The position numbers and the translations under genes were made by a program. Below, piece by piece: positions 1 through 9,576 of a DNA stretch of 64,000 bases; positions within the stretch are counted from its first letter, which is position 1; every line of letters starts with the position of its first letter. The stretch lies in the NCBI GenBank assembly GCA_963805975.1, contig CAWDVR010000006.1, forward strand, positions 264,800 through 328,799, given 5' to 3'. The stretch is from an uncultured Acidobacteriota bacterium. Lineage in GTDB: Bacteria > Acidobacteriota > Thermoanaerobaculia > Multivoradales > SZUA-115. The notes under the pieces are model-generated. The model had not been told where the DNA came from, ran no database searches, and saw nothing but the letters and a program-made list of their open reading frames with translations.

Positions 1-1637
1 CTCGCAATTCCCAGGATCAGGCGGGTGGAGGACTGGGGCCGGTCGAGGAACATCCGAGCGAAGATCGCCTCGTTGAAGAAGGCATAGGTCTCGAAGAGGC
101 GCTCGGCTTCGGCCCGGCTGCCAGGCAGCGGCGGCCGGTCCCGCGCCGGGTCTGCCACCTCCCAGGCCCGGTCGCGGAGCAGGTCGGCGAGGGAGAGCGA
201 GGCCGTGACCTCCGGCAGAGCGGCCAGATCCTGTTGCAGCCGCTCGATCGTCCGGAGCTCCGGCGGCTCGGTCCAGGCCCGTCCGTCCGAGCGGGTCAGC
301 ATCAGGTCGAGCTGATAGATGCCCACCGACTCCTTCTCGAACCAGCGCACGTCCTCGACGATGGGATGGTCGGAGCGGAAGTTCTGGGTCCAGCCGTCGT
401 CGATGCGCAGGCGCAGGAGGCCGGGGAGCAGCAACAGCGAGAGCGCGAGCATCAGCGCCGGAAGCCAGCGCCGGCCGCCGGCCGGATGGATCGCGGCCAG
501 GGTGCCCCATTTTCTTCCTTCGCGAATGGGAACCAGGGCGAGGACGGCCGGCACGAGGGTGACGCTGATCAGCCAGGAGACCGCGAGCCCGATGCCCGCG
601 ATCAGGCCGAACACCTGGAGCGCCGGTGCCTCGGTGGCCCAGAAGGAGGCAAAGCCGATCACCGTCGTGAGGGTGATGGCGGTACACGGGAAGAAGAGCC
701 GTTTCAGGGTCTCCCAGGCATGGGCCACGGCCGGTTCGTCCGGCCTCTCCCGGCGCAGTGCCAGGAAGGTGCCGAAGAAGTGGATCTCGTCCGCAATGCC
801 GAGCACGGTGATGAGCACCGGGATCATCGCCGTCATCAGCGAGAGCGGGTGCCCGAGCCGGGTCTGGATCGCGAGGGTCAGCACCACCGCCACCCCGGAC
901 TGGAAGAGGGCCAGACCCACCAGCACCCAGGAGCGGAAGAGACCCCAGAAGAGCAGCGCGATGACCAGGAAGCTCCAGGGCAGCAGGCGCTTCAGATCCT
1001 CGAACACCGTCTGGCCGAGGCCGTTCAAGACCACGTAGCGGCCGAGCAGGCGGACGCGGTACTCGCCGGGACCGCGGGCGTCGAGCTTGGTGAAGGCTTC
1101 CCGGAGCCGCTTCTCGATGCTCGCCACCCCGGTGGCCGAGAGCGCCGGCGTCTCCAGGAAGACCGCGCGCCGCGATCGCCCGGCGGCGAGCTGGCCGGTC
1201 ACCGCGGTGGTGGCCAGGGCGCGCTCGATCCATTCCGTGCTCGGGGGATGGAGAAGGTACGGCTCGCCGGCCGCGTCCCGCGCCGCGAAGCGGGGGCGGA
1301 AGAGGCGATCGAGGACGAGCTGCTCGACGTTCCGGCTGACCGAGAGCTGCTGCAGGAAGAAGTGGAGGTCTTGGCGAAAGACGGGATCCGAGATCGTCCG
1401 GCCGACGGCCTCGAAGGCGATGATCAGCCGCTCGTCTGAGCCGAAGCGCTCGCGGATCGCCTGGTCCGCGGCGAGGACCGGGCTGCCGGCAGGCAGCAGG
1501 TCGAGGTCGTTGACCCGGATCCGGACCTCGGCGAGCGGCCTCGCCAGGAGGGCCACGGCCACCAGCATCGCAACGAGGGCGACGGCGAGAAGGATGCGGC
1601 CCCAGGCCGGGGAGATGCGGGGCCGGATGAGCTTCAG
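1..1637 (-). CDS. MMPL/RND-family transporter (3' end beyond window)
   Basis: Hand translation: N-terminal TM, periplasmic loop, TM block with 'GIADEIHF' and 'TTVIGFASF' motifs, then a second periplasmic domain. Likely CTG start overlapping the upstream TGA (CTGA). Absent from the ORF track because it runs off the edge. Confidence 0.85.
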   Translation of the reverse strand, partial: MKLIRPRISPAWGRILLAVALVAMLVAVALLARPLAEVRIRVNDLDLLPAGSPVLAADQAIRERFGSDERLIIAFEAVGRTISDPVFRQDLHFFLQQLSVSRNVEQLVLDRLFRPRFAARDAAGEPYLLHPPSTEWIERALATTAVTGQLAAGRSRRAVFLETPALSATGVASIEKRLREAFTKLDARGPGEYRVRLLGRYVVLNGLGQTVFEDLKRLLPWSFLVIALLFWGLFRSWVLVGLALFQSGVAVVLTLAIQTRLGHPLSLMTAMIPVLITVLGIADEIHFFGTFLALRRERPDEPAVAHAWETLKRLFFPCTAITLTTVIGFASFWATEAPALQVFGLIAGIGLAVSWLISVTLVPAVLALVPIREGRKWGTLAAIHPAGGRRWLPALMLALSLLLLPGLLRLRIDDGWTQNFRSDHPIVEDVRWFEKESVGIYQLDLMLTRSDGRAWTEPPELRTIERLQQDLAALPEVTASLSLADLLRDRAWEVADPARDRPPLPGSRAEAERLFETYAFFNEAIFARMFLDRPQSSTRLILGIA

Positions 1638-2089
1638 GGCGGGCAGAAGACCTCCACCTCCGCGCCCGTGCCCCCGGTCTGGAGCTCGCCGGCATCGAGG
1701 CGGTCGCCATCGCCGTCGTCATCGTCCAGGAAGGCCGCGTCCGGCAGCACGAGCACCTGCCAGAGAGCCCTCCGGGAGGGGGTCAGCGGGCGGCGGACCC
1801 AGTGCTGAGAGGAAGCGTGGAGGTAGGCCTGGCAGTCCCTGCTCTCCGCATCGCCCACGGCGAAGCCGGGCCAGGTCAGGGATCGCTCGTCGAGGAAGAC
1901 ACGGCGCGCGGCGAGCTCGGGTGGGGGAGAAAGCGGCGGGCGCCAGGCGGGCACGGCGAGCGGAGTCAACTGCTCGCCGGCCCGGGTGGCGATCTCGAAA
2001 GCGGGCTGGAGGGCCGGCCGGGTGCGCAGCGCCTGCCAGAAGATCAGGCCGAGGGCGACCAGGAAGAGCGCCGCCATCCGTCGGTCCAT
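1634..2089 (-). CDS. Hypothetical membrane-anchored/secreted protein, 151 aa
   Basis: C-terminal part of ORF 1634..2806 from ATG 2089. Hydrophobic N-terminus and an acidic 'DDDDGDGDRLDAGE' DxDxDG-like loop. Confidence 0.65.
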   Translation of the reverse strand: MDRRMAALFLVALGLIFWQALRTRPALQPAFEIATRAGEQLTPLAVPAWRPPLSPPPELAARRVFLDERSLTWPGFAVGDAESRDCQAYLHASSQHWVRRPLTPSRRALWQVLVLPDAAFLDDDDGDGDRLDAGELQTGGTGAEVEVFCPP

Positions 2090-2109
2090 CGAGCTCGCCC
2101 TCTCGAGGC

Positions 2110-2748
2110 CTACGGCATCTCGAACGAGCCGGTCAGGATGCGACCAACGACCTCTCCCGGACGGTCGGCGTCCTCGAGGTTGACCGAGCTCACCATCTTG
2201 TAGAGGGTGCCCGACGGCGGCGGAAAGTCCCGTACGTCGTCGCTGCGCAGGGTGGCCGGAGTGACCGTGCGGAAAGTCTGGCCCGGCAGGGCCTCGAAGG
2301 TCACGAACACGTTGAAGCTCATCACCTGCACTGCCGGGAAGCTGGTTCCGGGAGTCTGCTCCCAGATCGCGCTCTTGCCGGGCCGGGACTCGTCGAGCCA
2401 GTAGTTGACCGCGCCGAGGCCCTCGACCACGGAGGCTACGCTGACGTTGGTGATGTTGAGCGGCACGGTCATCTGGCCGGCGGAGTTCCGGTAGGGCGTG
2501 CCAGTCTTGCCTTCGATCGACGGGCCACCGATACCCACGGACTCGAACGGCGCGCCGAGCTGGGCGAGCTGGAGGGTGTGCTTCGGGTTGCCGTTCACCT
2601 TCTTGACGGGCGGGCACTTGAACGTGCCCTGCGGCAGGGCGGCGATCGCGGCGTCGGCCGAAGGAGCGGAGGCCATCCAGGCCCCTGCGCCCAGGGCGAG
2701 GGCGAAAGCCAAAGCCAGGCTGAGTGTGGATCTTCCAGACATTTGCAT
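2110..2748 (-). CDS. Secreted beta-rich protein, paralog A
   Basis: Signal peptide ending ADA-A, RBS AAAGGGG, clear homology to 3142..3792. Confidence 0.8.
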   Translation of the reverse strand: MQMSGRSTLSLALAFALALGAGAWMASAPSADAAIAALPQGTFKCPPVKKVNGNPKHTLQLAQLGAPFESVGIGGPSIEGKTGTPYRNSAGQMTVPLNITNVSVASVVEGLGAVNYWLDESRPGKSAIWEQTPGTSFPAVQVMSFNVFVTFEALPGQTFRTVTPATLRSDDVRDFPPPSGTLYKMVSSVNLEDADRPGEVVGRILTGSFEMP

Positions 2749-2890
2749 TGCGTTCCCCTTTCCAACCAGGGAGGTTGGGAGTTGTCCCGGCCAACGCCTC
2801 CGGCACGAGGAAAACCTCGGTGTTGGCGATGAGCTGGGCGATTTGCGAATAGAAATTTTCAAATGTCCTGTCTAATTGCTGGGCGGGCGT

Positions 2891-2919
2891 AGACTAGTGC
2901 ACCTGAAAAAGTTTGTCAA
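2891..2919 (-). promoter_or_regulatory. Sigma70-type promoter TTGACA-N17-TAGTCT
   Basis: Read directly. Same boxes and spacing occur upstream of paralog B. Confidence 0.75.
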
Positions 2920-3141
2920 ATAGTTTTTTGCTCGTGTTGACCCAACAGGCGCTGTCTAGACATTCTTCGTGAAGTCGAAAGAGGAGCGAGAGGAAAAGGC
3001 GAGGCGCGGTGGACGGGGGCACCTGCTCTAGGTGCAGGTGGCGAACTGGGAGGTGGAGGGCCGATCGGCTGTCCAGCGCCTGCCATCAGGCGGAGGGCGG
3101 CGAAAAGAGCGCCGCCAGTCGCCGGCCCTCCTTCGAAGCGG

Positions 3142-3792
3142 CTACGGCATCACGAACTGGCCTGCCTCGATCCTCCCCACCACCTTGCCGGGGTTCTGGG
3201 TATCTTCGAGATCTACCGGGCTTTGTAGGTTGTAGACAGTCCCTGGCGGCGGCGGGAAAGCACGCACGTCGTTGCTGCGGACGCTGGCCGCATGACGTGA
3301 CCGGAAGATCCTGCCGGGCATGGACTCGACGGAGACGAAGAAATTGAAGCGCATGTCTTGGATGGCTGGGAACTCGGTGCCGGGAACCTGCTCCCAGATC
3401 GCGCCTTGCACCGGACGAGAGTCGTCGAGCCAGTAGTTGACGGCCCCGAGGCCCTCAGCGGCCGAAGGAACGTTGAAGCCGGTAACCTGGAGGGGGACAG
3501 TCTTCTGACCGGCGCTGTTCACAAACGCAGGTCCGGCCGTACCCTCGAGGCCGGGGCCACCGATAGACCTGGTGGCGAAGGAGCTACCGAGGTCGTTGAA
3601 GGAGACCTGGTGGAAGACGGACCCCGAGGTCTTCTTGTACGGAGGGGGCGGGCATCGGAAGCTTCCAGGGACCGGCAAATTGGCAGCGCTCACGGCGGCG
3701 TCAGCCGTGGGAGCTGTCATCCATATGCCGAGGCTCGTGGCGAGGGCCAGTGCCAAGGCCAAGCTGAGCGAAGCCCTTCCAGACAGTCGCAT
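3142..3792 (-). CDS. Secreted beta-rich protein, paralog B
   Basis: Signal peptide; shares GLGAVNYWLD, AIWEQ.PGT.FPA and FPPP.GT.Y blocks with paralog A. Confidence 0.8.
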   Translation of the reverse strand: MRLSGRASLSLALALALATSLGIWMTAPTADAAVSAANLPVPGSFRCPPPPYKKTSGSVFHQVSFNDLGSSFATRSIGGPGLEGTAGPAFVNSAGQKTVPLQVTGFNVPSAAEGLGAVNYWLDDSRPVQGAIWEQVPGTEFPAIQDMRFNFFVSVESMPGRIFRSRHAASVRSNDVRAFPPPPGTVYNLQSPVDLEDTQNPGKVVGRIEAGQFVMP

Positions 3793-3936
3793 GGCGTTCC
3801 CCTTTCCAACCGCGGAGGTTGGGAGTTGTCCCGTTTCCACAACCGTCTCGAGATACAGCCCCGACAGACAGGTATGGAACGAGTCGATTTGCACAATGAT
3901 ATTTCCTGATACATATTTCTTTTCTCTAGCATTGAT

Positions 3937-3965
3937 AGACTAATGCCAGCTTGAAAGTGTGTCAA
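3937..3965 (-). promoter_or_regulatory. Sigma70-type promoter TTGACA-N17-TAGTCT
   Basis: Read directly; duplicate of 2891..2919. Confidence 0.75.
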
Positions 3966-4090
3966 GTATTATTCGCCTAAGTCCGCTTCCCATGGCCGGG
4001 TGGGGCCGGGCGGATACCGCGCTGGGCCTGATCGTGAGCGCGACTTGGTATAGTTCCCGCCACTATCCGCCCCGCTAGAGACCCCTTCCC

Positions 4091-5236
4091 ATGAATCAAC
4101 GCCCGTTCGACGACCGCAACCCGATTCCCCTGGCCCGGCCGTGGATCGACGAGGCCGAGGTGCAGGCGGCGGCCGAGGTGGTGCGCTCCGGGTGGCTCTG
4201 CCAGGGGGCGAAGACCGAGCAGTTCGAGGCCGAGATGGCGGCACGGGTGGGCGCCCGGCACGGCATCGCGGTCTCGAGCGGCTCGACGGCGCTGCTGGTG
4301 GGGCTCGAGACGCTGGGGGTGGGGCCGGGGGACGAGGTCATCGTCCCGGACATGACCTTCATCTCGACCGCCACCTGCGCCCTGCGCCTGGGCGCCAGGG
4401 TGGTGCTCTGCGACATCACCACCACGGACTTCAACCTCGATCCCGAGCGCGTCGAACGGCTGGTGACGTCGCGCACCAAGGCGATCGTGCCGGTTCACTA
4501 TGCCGGCCAACTGGCCGAGATGGAGCCGCTCCTCGACATCGCCCGCCGCCACGGCTTGGGCGTCCTCGAGGACGCGGCCGAGGCGCACCTGGCCCGCTAC
4601 CGCGGCAGGCGCTTCGCCGGCACCCTGGGCGAGATCGGCATCTTCAGCTTCACGCCCACCAAGCTCATCACCACCGGCGAGGGCGGCATGATCGTCACCG
4701 ACGACGACGAGCTGGCCCGGAAATGCCGCCTGATCCGCAACTTCGGGGACTCGGGCAAGTTCCACTGGGACACCCTGGGCTTCAACTACCGCCTCAACGA
4801 GGTGGCCTCGGCGCTCGGCATCTGCCAGCTCGCCAAGCTCGACCACATCCTTGCCGAGCGCCGCCGAAAGGCCGGGCGCTACGACCAGGCGTTCGCCGGT
4901 CTAGAGCTGGTGACGGCGCCCTGGCTGCGCGGCCCCGAGGACTCGAACTACCAGCTCTACACCGTGCTGCTCGACGTCGACCGCATGACCCTCGATCGCG
5001 ACCAGGTGATCGCCGAGCTGGCGAAGGCCGGCGTCTCCGCGCGGCTCTACTACCCGTCTCTCCACCGGCAGGGCGTGCTCGCCGGCTGCGGCCCGTTCGC
5101 GGACGCCGATTTCCCTGCCGCGCTCGACTTCGAGCGCCGTGCCCTGTCGCTGCCGATCTACACCACCTTGACCGACGCCGAGCAGGACCGGGTGGTCGAA
5201 GTCCTGCTCGCGACCCTCGAGCGCCACCGGCGGTAG
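4091..5236 (+). CDS. DegT/DnrJ/EryC1/StrS PLP-dependent sugar aminotransferase
   Basis: 'EDAAEAH', 'FSFTPTKLITTGEGG' (PLP lysine), 'GFNYRL'. Confidence 0.95.
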   Translation: MNQRPFDDRNPIPLARPWIDEAEVQAAAEVVRSGWLCQGAKTEQFEAEMAARVGARHGIAVSSGSTALLVGLETLGVGPGDEVIVPDMTFISTATCALRLGARVVLCDITTTDFNLDPERVERLVTSRTKAIVPVHYAGQLAEMEPLLDIARRHGLGVLEDAAEAHLARYRGRRFAGTLGEIGIFSFTPTKLITTGEGGMIVTDDDELARKCRLIRNFGDSGKFHWDTLGFNYRLNEVASALGICQLAKLDHILAERRRKAGRYDQAFAGLELVTAPWLRGPEDSNYQLYTVLLDVDRMTLDRDQVIAELAKAGVSARLYYPSLHRQGVLAGCGPFADADFPAALDFERRALSLPIYTTLTDAEQDRVVEVLLATLERHRR

Positions 5237-5251
5237 CGGGACGAGCGACCT

Positions 5252-6223
5252 ATGCCCACTGGCAAGAAAGTCCTCATCACCGGCGGCGCCGGCTTCATCG
5301 GCACTCACACCGCAGAGCTCCTGGCGGCCGACAACGAGGTGACGCTGCTCGACCTGGGCTTCGACGGGCCGTTGCGTTTCAGCCCGCTCGCCGCCGACCC
5401 CCGGGTGCGCAAGGTGACGGCGGACGTGCGCCAGGCCGAGCCGCTGGCGAGCGAGGTGGCGCGCGCCGACCTGGTGCTGCACTTCGCCTCGCTGGTGGGC
5501 GTGCAGTGGGTGATCGACCACGCCCGCGACACGCTCGACACCATCGTCCAGGGCACCCGCAACGTGCTCGAGGCGGCGCGGGCCAACCCGCGTCTCGAGC
5601 GGCTGATCTACATCTCGACCAGCGAGGTCTACGGCAACATCATGGACGCCACCGAGGGCGCCTCGGCCTCGGTGGGCACCGCCAACGACCCGCGCCTCTC
5701 CTACGCCTCGGCCAAGCTCCTGGGCGAGCACCTGGTGTGGGCCTACCACCGCGACTTCCGGCTGCCGAGCGTCATCCTGCGGCCGTTCAACATCTTCGGG
5801 CCGCTGCGCACCACGGCCAACGCGGTGGGCATCTTCGCCGCACGGGCGCTCGCCGGCCGCGAGATCAAGCTGCATGGCGACGGCAGCCAGCTCCGTTCCT
5901 GGTGCTACATCGAGGACTTCACCTCGGCGGTGCTCGCCTGCCTGGACAAGCCGGCCGCGGTGGGGCAGGATTTCAACATCGGCAACCCGGTGACGGCGAC
6001 CACCATCTACGACCTCGCGGAGCGCATCATCCGCCTCTCCGGCAGCCGATCGCAGATCGTGCGCACGCCCTACACGTTCAGCGACATCGGCGTGCGGGCG
6101 CCGAACTCGAGCAAGGCGCGGGAGCTGCTGGGCTACGTGCCGCGCTTCGACCTCGACGCCGGCTTGCGGCCCACGATCGAGTGGCACGGCCGGCACCTCG
6201 ACGCGCTGCAGCACTGGTTGTAG
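5252..6223 (+). CDS. NAD-dependent epimerase/dehydratase (extended SDR)
   Basis: TGGAGFIG, STSEVYG, YASAK (YxxxK). Confidence 0.93.
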   Translation: MPTGKKVLITGGAGFIGTHTAELLAADNEVTLLDLGFDGPLRFSPLAADPRVRKVTADVRQAEPLASEVARADLVLHFASLVGVQWVIDHARDTLDTIVQGTRNVLEAARANPRLERLIYISTSEVYGNIMDATEGASASVGTANDPRLSYASAKLLGEHLVWAYHRDFRLPSVILRPFNIFGPLRTTANAVGIFAARALAGREIKLHGDGSQLRSWCYIEDFTSAVLACLDKPAAVGQDFNIGNPVTATTIYDLAERIIRLSGSRSQIVRTPYTFSDIGVRAPNSSKARELLGYVPRFDLDAGLRPTIEWHGRHLDALQHWL

Positions 6224-6245
6224 AGGCAGGGGAAGAGCCCCAAGG

Positions 6246-7799
6246 ATGGCCCCAGCGACCATGGACTCACCAGCCACCAAGCCCCGCTGGGGGATCGTGC
6301 TCCGCCTCTTCGCGGACGTGCTGATGATCCAGGCGGCGCTGGTCGCGGCGCTCGCGGCGCGGCTGATCTACCACCTGGCGACCCTGGGTCCGGAAGCCGA
6401 CGCCCAGGTGGGCAAGCTGGTCGCCGCCTTCATCCACTACTACGGCCAGACGGCGCTGCCGCTCACCGGCATCTCGCTCGTGGTCTTCGGCCTGATGGGC
6501 TTCTACACCTACGGCCGCTCCTACCAGAGCCGCTACAAGGCGCTGGTGGTGTTCCAGGCCGTGACCCTGGCCTACTTGATCTTCGGGTTCGTGACCCTGT
6601 TCTTCGGCGGCGTGGCGCCGCTGCCGAGGAGCGCCCTGGTCTTCGCCTGGCTGCTGACCTCCGCCTTCACGATCGGCGCCCGTGTCTGGTCGATGACCTG
6701 GAAGAAGGTGCAGGAAGCCGAGGAGCGCCGCGTGCTCGCGGGCTCGAGCGACGAGGTGAAGAACGTGCTGGTGATCGGCGGCGCCGGCTACATCGGCTCG
6801 GCGCTCCTGCCGCTGCTGCTCGACAAGGGCTACCGGGTGCGGGTGCTGGATCTGATGGTGTTCGGCGACCAGCCGATCCGCAAGGTCGCCCGGCATCCCA
6901 ACCTCGAGCTGGTGCGCGGCGACTTCCGGCACATCGAAAAAGTGGTGGCGGCGCTCTCCGGCATCGACACGGTGATCCACCTGGGGGCCATCGTCGGCGA
7001 TCCGGCCTGCAGCCTGGACGAGGAGCTGACCATCGACGTCAACCTCTCGGCGACGCGCATGATCGGCGAGCTGGCCAAGGCGGCGGGGGTGCGGCGCTTC
7101 CTCTTCGCCAGCACTTGCTCGGTGTACGGCGCGAGCCGCGAGATCGTCGACGAGAGGAGCGTGGTCAAGCCGCTGTCGCTCTACGGCCAGACCAAGGCGG
7201 CCTCCGAGAACCTGCTCCTCGCCATGGCGAGCGAGCGCTTCGCGCCGGTGGTCGCCCGCTTCGGCACCATCTACGGCCTGTCGGGCCGCACCCGCTTCGA
7301 CCTGGTGGTCAACCTGCTCGCGGCCCGGGCCAAGGTGGAGAAGAAGATCACCCTCTTCGGCGGCGAGCAGTGGCGGCCGTTCGTACACGTGGAGGACGCC
7401 GCCCGCGCCCTGCTGCTGATGCTCCAGGCGCCGCTCGCCGCCGTCCGCCGCGAGGTGTTCAACGTGGGCTCGAACGAGCAGAACCTCACCGTGGCCGACG
7501 TCGGGCGCCTGGTCGCCCGGCTGGTGCCCGGCTCCGAGGTGGTGATCGAGGACAACTCCCAGGACAAGCGCGACTACCGGGTGAGCTTCGACCGCATCCG
7601 CGACCGCCTGGGCTTCAAGCCGGCGTGGACCGTGGAGCTCGGCATCCTGCAGGTGCTCGAGGCCATCGCCGGCGGCGAGATCCGCGACTACCAGTCCCCC
7701 CAGTACAGCAACGTCAAGTTCCTGAGCGAGGTGCCCTCGGTGATGCCCTCCCGCGACGACTGGGTGAGGGAAGCCCTGAGTGGCGTGGTGGGGGAGTAG
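6246..7799 (+). CDS. Membrane-anchored NAD-dependent epimerase/dehydratase (4-TM N-terminus plus SDR)
   Basis: Four hydrophobic helices, then GGAGYIG, STCSVYG, YGQTK. Confidence 0.88.
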   Translation: MAPATMDSPATKPRWGIVLRLFADVLMIQAALVAALAARLIYHLATLGPEADAQVGKLVAAFIHYYGQTALPLTGISLVVFGLMGFYTYGRSYQSRYKALVVFQAVTLAYLIFGFVTLFFGGVAPLPRSALVFAWLLTSAFTIGARVWSMTWKKVQEAEERRVLAGSSDEVKNVLVIGGAGYIGSALLPLLLDKGYRVRVLDLMVFGDQPIRKVARHPNLELVRGDFRHIEKVVAALSGIDTVIHLGAIVGDPACSLDEELTIDVNLSATRMIGELAKAAGVRRFLFASTCSVYGASREIVDERSVVKPLSLYGQTKAASENLLLAMASERFAPVVARFGTIYGLSGRTRFDLVVNLLAARAKVEKKITLFGGEQWRPFVHVEDAARALLLMLQAPLAAVRREVFNVGSNEQNLTVADVGRLVARLVPGSEVVIEDNSQDKRDYRVSFDRIRDRLGFKPAWTVELGILQVLEAIAGGEIRDYQSPQYSNVKFLSEVPSVMPSRDDWVREALSGVVGE

Positions 7800-9576
7800 A
7801 CCCGGCAACGCCTCGCCGGCCGCGGTCCGCCGTCTGCTGGCGCGACCGGAGCCCTGGCTCGTGCTCTTCGCGCTCGCGGCCGCCGCCTGGTCGCAGGCGG
7901 AGACCTTCCGCAACCCCTTCGTCGTCAACAACGACGCCAGGCTCCACACCTTCTGGATGGAGCAGTGGCGGGCCCCGGCGCTCTTCCCCGGCGACCGGCA
8001 CGTCATCTTCGCCCGCTCGTACCAGCCCTGGGGCTACCTGCTGCTCTACTGGCTGGGCTCGTTCCTCGTCGCGCCCCTCACGCTCTCTCGCGTCCTGCCG
8101 CTCCTCCTCCTGCCGTGGACGGCGCTCGCCACCTACCGGCTGGGCGAGAAGCTGGCGGGCCGCTACGCGGGCGCGCTGGCCGCGGTGTGGGTGACGCTGA
8201 TCCCGCTCGTCATCCACAAGATGGCGGGCGGGCACGCCCGCGCCTTCGCGCTGCCGCTCCTCGCCACCTGCGCCTACTACTTCGCCCGCCAGGCGCCGTG
8301 GCGCCTGGCGCTCGCCCTGGTGGTGACGAGCGGCTTCTATCCCATGACGCTGCTCCTCGCGGCGCTCGCCCTCGGTGCCTGTTGCTTCCGCTGGTCGAAG
8401 GGCCTCGGGCTGGCGGTTCCGCGGGGGGTGGCGGTCGCCCTGGTGGCCGGCGTGGCGATCGGGGGCGCGCTGGTGGTGGCCCGCGCCAGCCTGGTGCCGC
8501 AGGAGATGGGCCCGATCGCCACGCTCGCGGACATCGAGGGCAGGCCGGAGCTCGGGCACGAAGGGATCTACCCGGTCTACCCCACGTGGCCGCTCCCGGC
8601 CGTGCTGGCGCAGGAGGTGCGGCGGGCGACCGCGATGCTGCCGCCCGCCTACACCCGCATGCCGCCGCGCGAGGCGAGCTTCGCCGGCACCCTGGAGCGG
8701 CTGGACGTGGGCCTGCTGGTGCTGGTGGTGGCGCTCCTCGCCGCTTCGCCCTGGCTGCGCCTGCCGCCGCTGATCCCGGCCCTCTTCGCCGCCGGGGTGG
8801 TGATGTTCTGGCTCGCCGATCTGACTTTGATGCGGCTCTACCTGCCGACGCGCTACGTGCAGTACTCGGTGCGGCTGGCGATACCGCTCCTGGGAGCGGT
8901 GCTCTTGGCGCGGGCGGTCGGGAAGCTGCCCTGGCGGCCCGGGCGCGCCGTCGCCAAGGTGCTGCTCCTGGTCTGGCCGCTCCTCAACCTGCCGGCGCTC
9001 GCCGGCAAGGGGCTCGACGACTACACCCCGCAGGCGCCACTCTTCGCCTTTCTCGAACAGGTGCCGGTCGACTCGCTGGTGGCCGCCCACCCCTACGTGG
9101 CGGACGCCATCCCGCTCTTTGCCCGGCGCAGCGTGTTCGTGGATTTCGAGCACGCGTTGCCGTTCTACCCGCGGTTCTGGCAGGAGACGGCGCGGCGCAC
9201 CCGCGCGCTCTTTCACGCCTACTACGCGAGCGACTTGGCGGAGGTGTGCGGCTTCCTCGGCGAGAGTGCCATCACCCACCTGGTGGTCGACCGGCGCCAC
9301 TTCTCGCGCGGGCACCTGGAGCGGCGGCGGGTCTACTTCGAGCCTTTTGCGAGCGAGATCCGCGCCCTGACCGCGGAGCGGCGGCACTTCGCGCTCGCCG
9401 ACCTCGCTCCGGAGCGCGCGGTGTTCGTGGACGGCACGCTCTCGGTCGTCACGCCGAGCTCCCTCGGCTGCGCGCTCTCCGCCGTAGCGCCGGCGGTCGC
9501 CGCGAGCAGCAGCCCCAGGAGCGGGGCGACGCGGAAGTTGAGGATCTCCGGCGAGGACACCGCCAGCACCGCGTAG
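7780..9576 (+). CDS. Polytopic membrane protein, probable GT-C-fold glycosyltransferase
   Basis: Many TM helices, acidic 'NNDARLH' first loop, C-terminal soluble domain with 'ITHLVVD'; lies in a glycan locus. The 3' end is uncertain. Confidence 0.6.
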   Translation: MAWWGSRPGNASPAAVRRLLARPEPWLVLFALAAAAWSQAETFRNPFVVNNDARLHTFWMEQWRAPALFPGDRHVIFARSYQPWGYLLLYWLGSFLVAPLTLSRVLPLLLLPWTALATYRLGEKLAGRYAGALAAVWVTLIPLVIHKMAGGHARAFALPLLATCAYYFARQAPWRLALALVVTSGFYPMTLLLAALALGACCFRWSKGLGLAVPRGVAVALVAGVAIGGALVVARASLVPQEMGPIATLADIEGRPELGHEGIYPVYPTWPLPAVLAQEVRRATAMLPPAYTRMPPREASFAGTLERLDVGLLVLVVALLAASPWLRLPPLIPALFAAGVVMFWLADLTLMRLYLPTRYVQYSVRLAIPLLGAVLLARAVGKLPWRPGRAVAKVLLLVWPLLNLPALAGKGLDDYTPQAPLFAFLEQVPVDSLVAAHPYVADAIPLFARRSVFVDFEHALPFYPRFWQETARRTRALFHAYYASDLAEVCGFLGESAITHLVVDRRHFSRGHLERRRVYFEPFASEIRALTAERRHFALADLAPERAVFVDGTLSVVTPSSLGCALSAVAPAVAASSSPRSGATRKLRISGEDTASTA

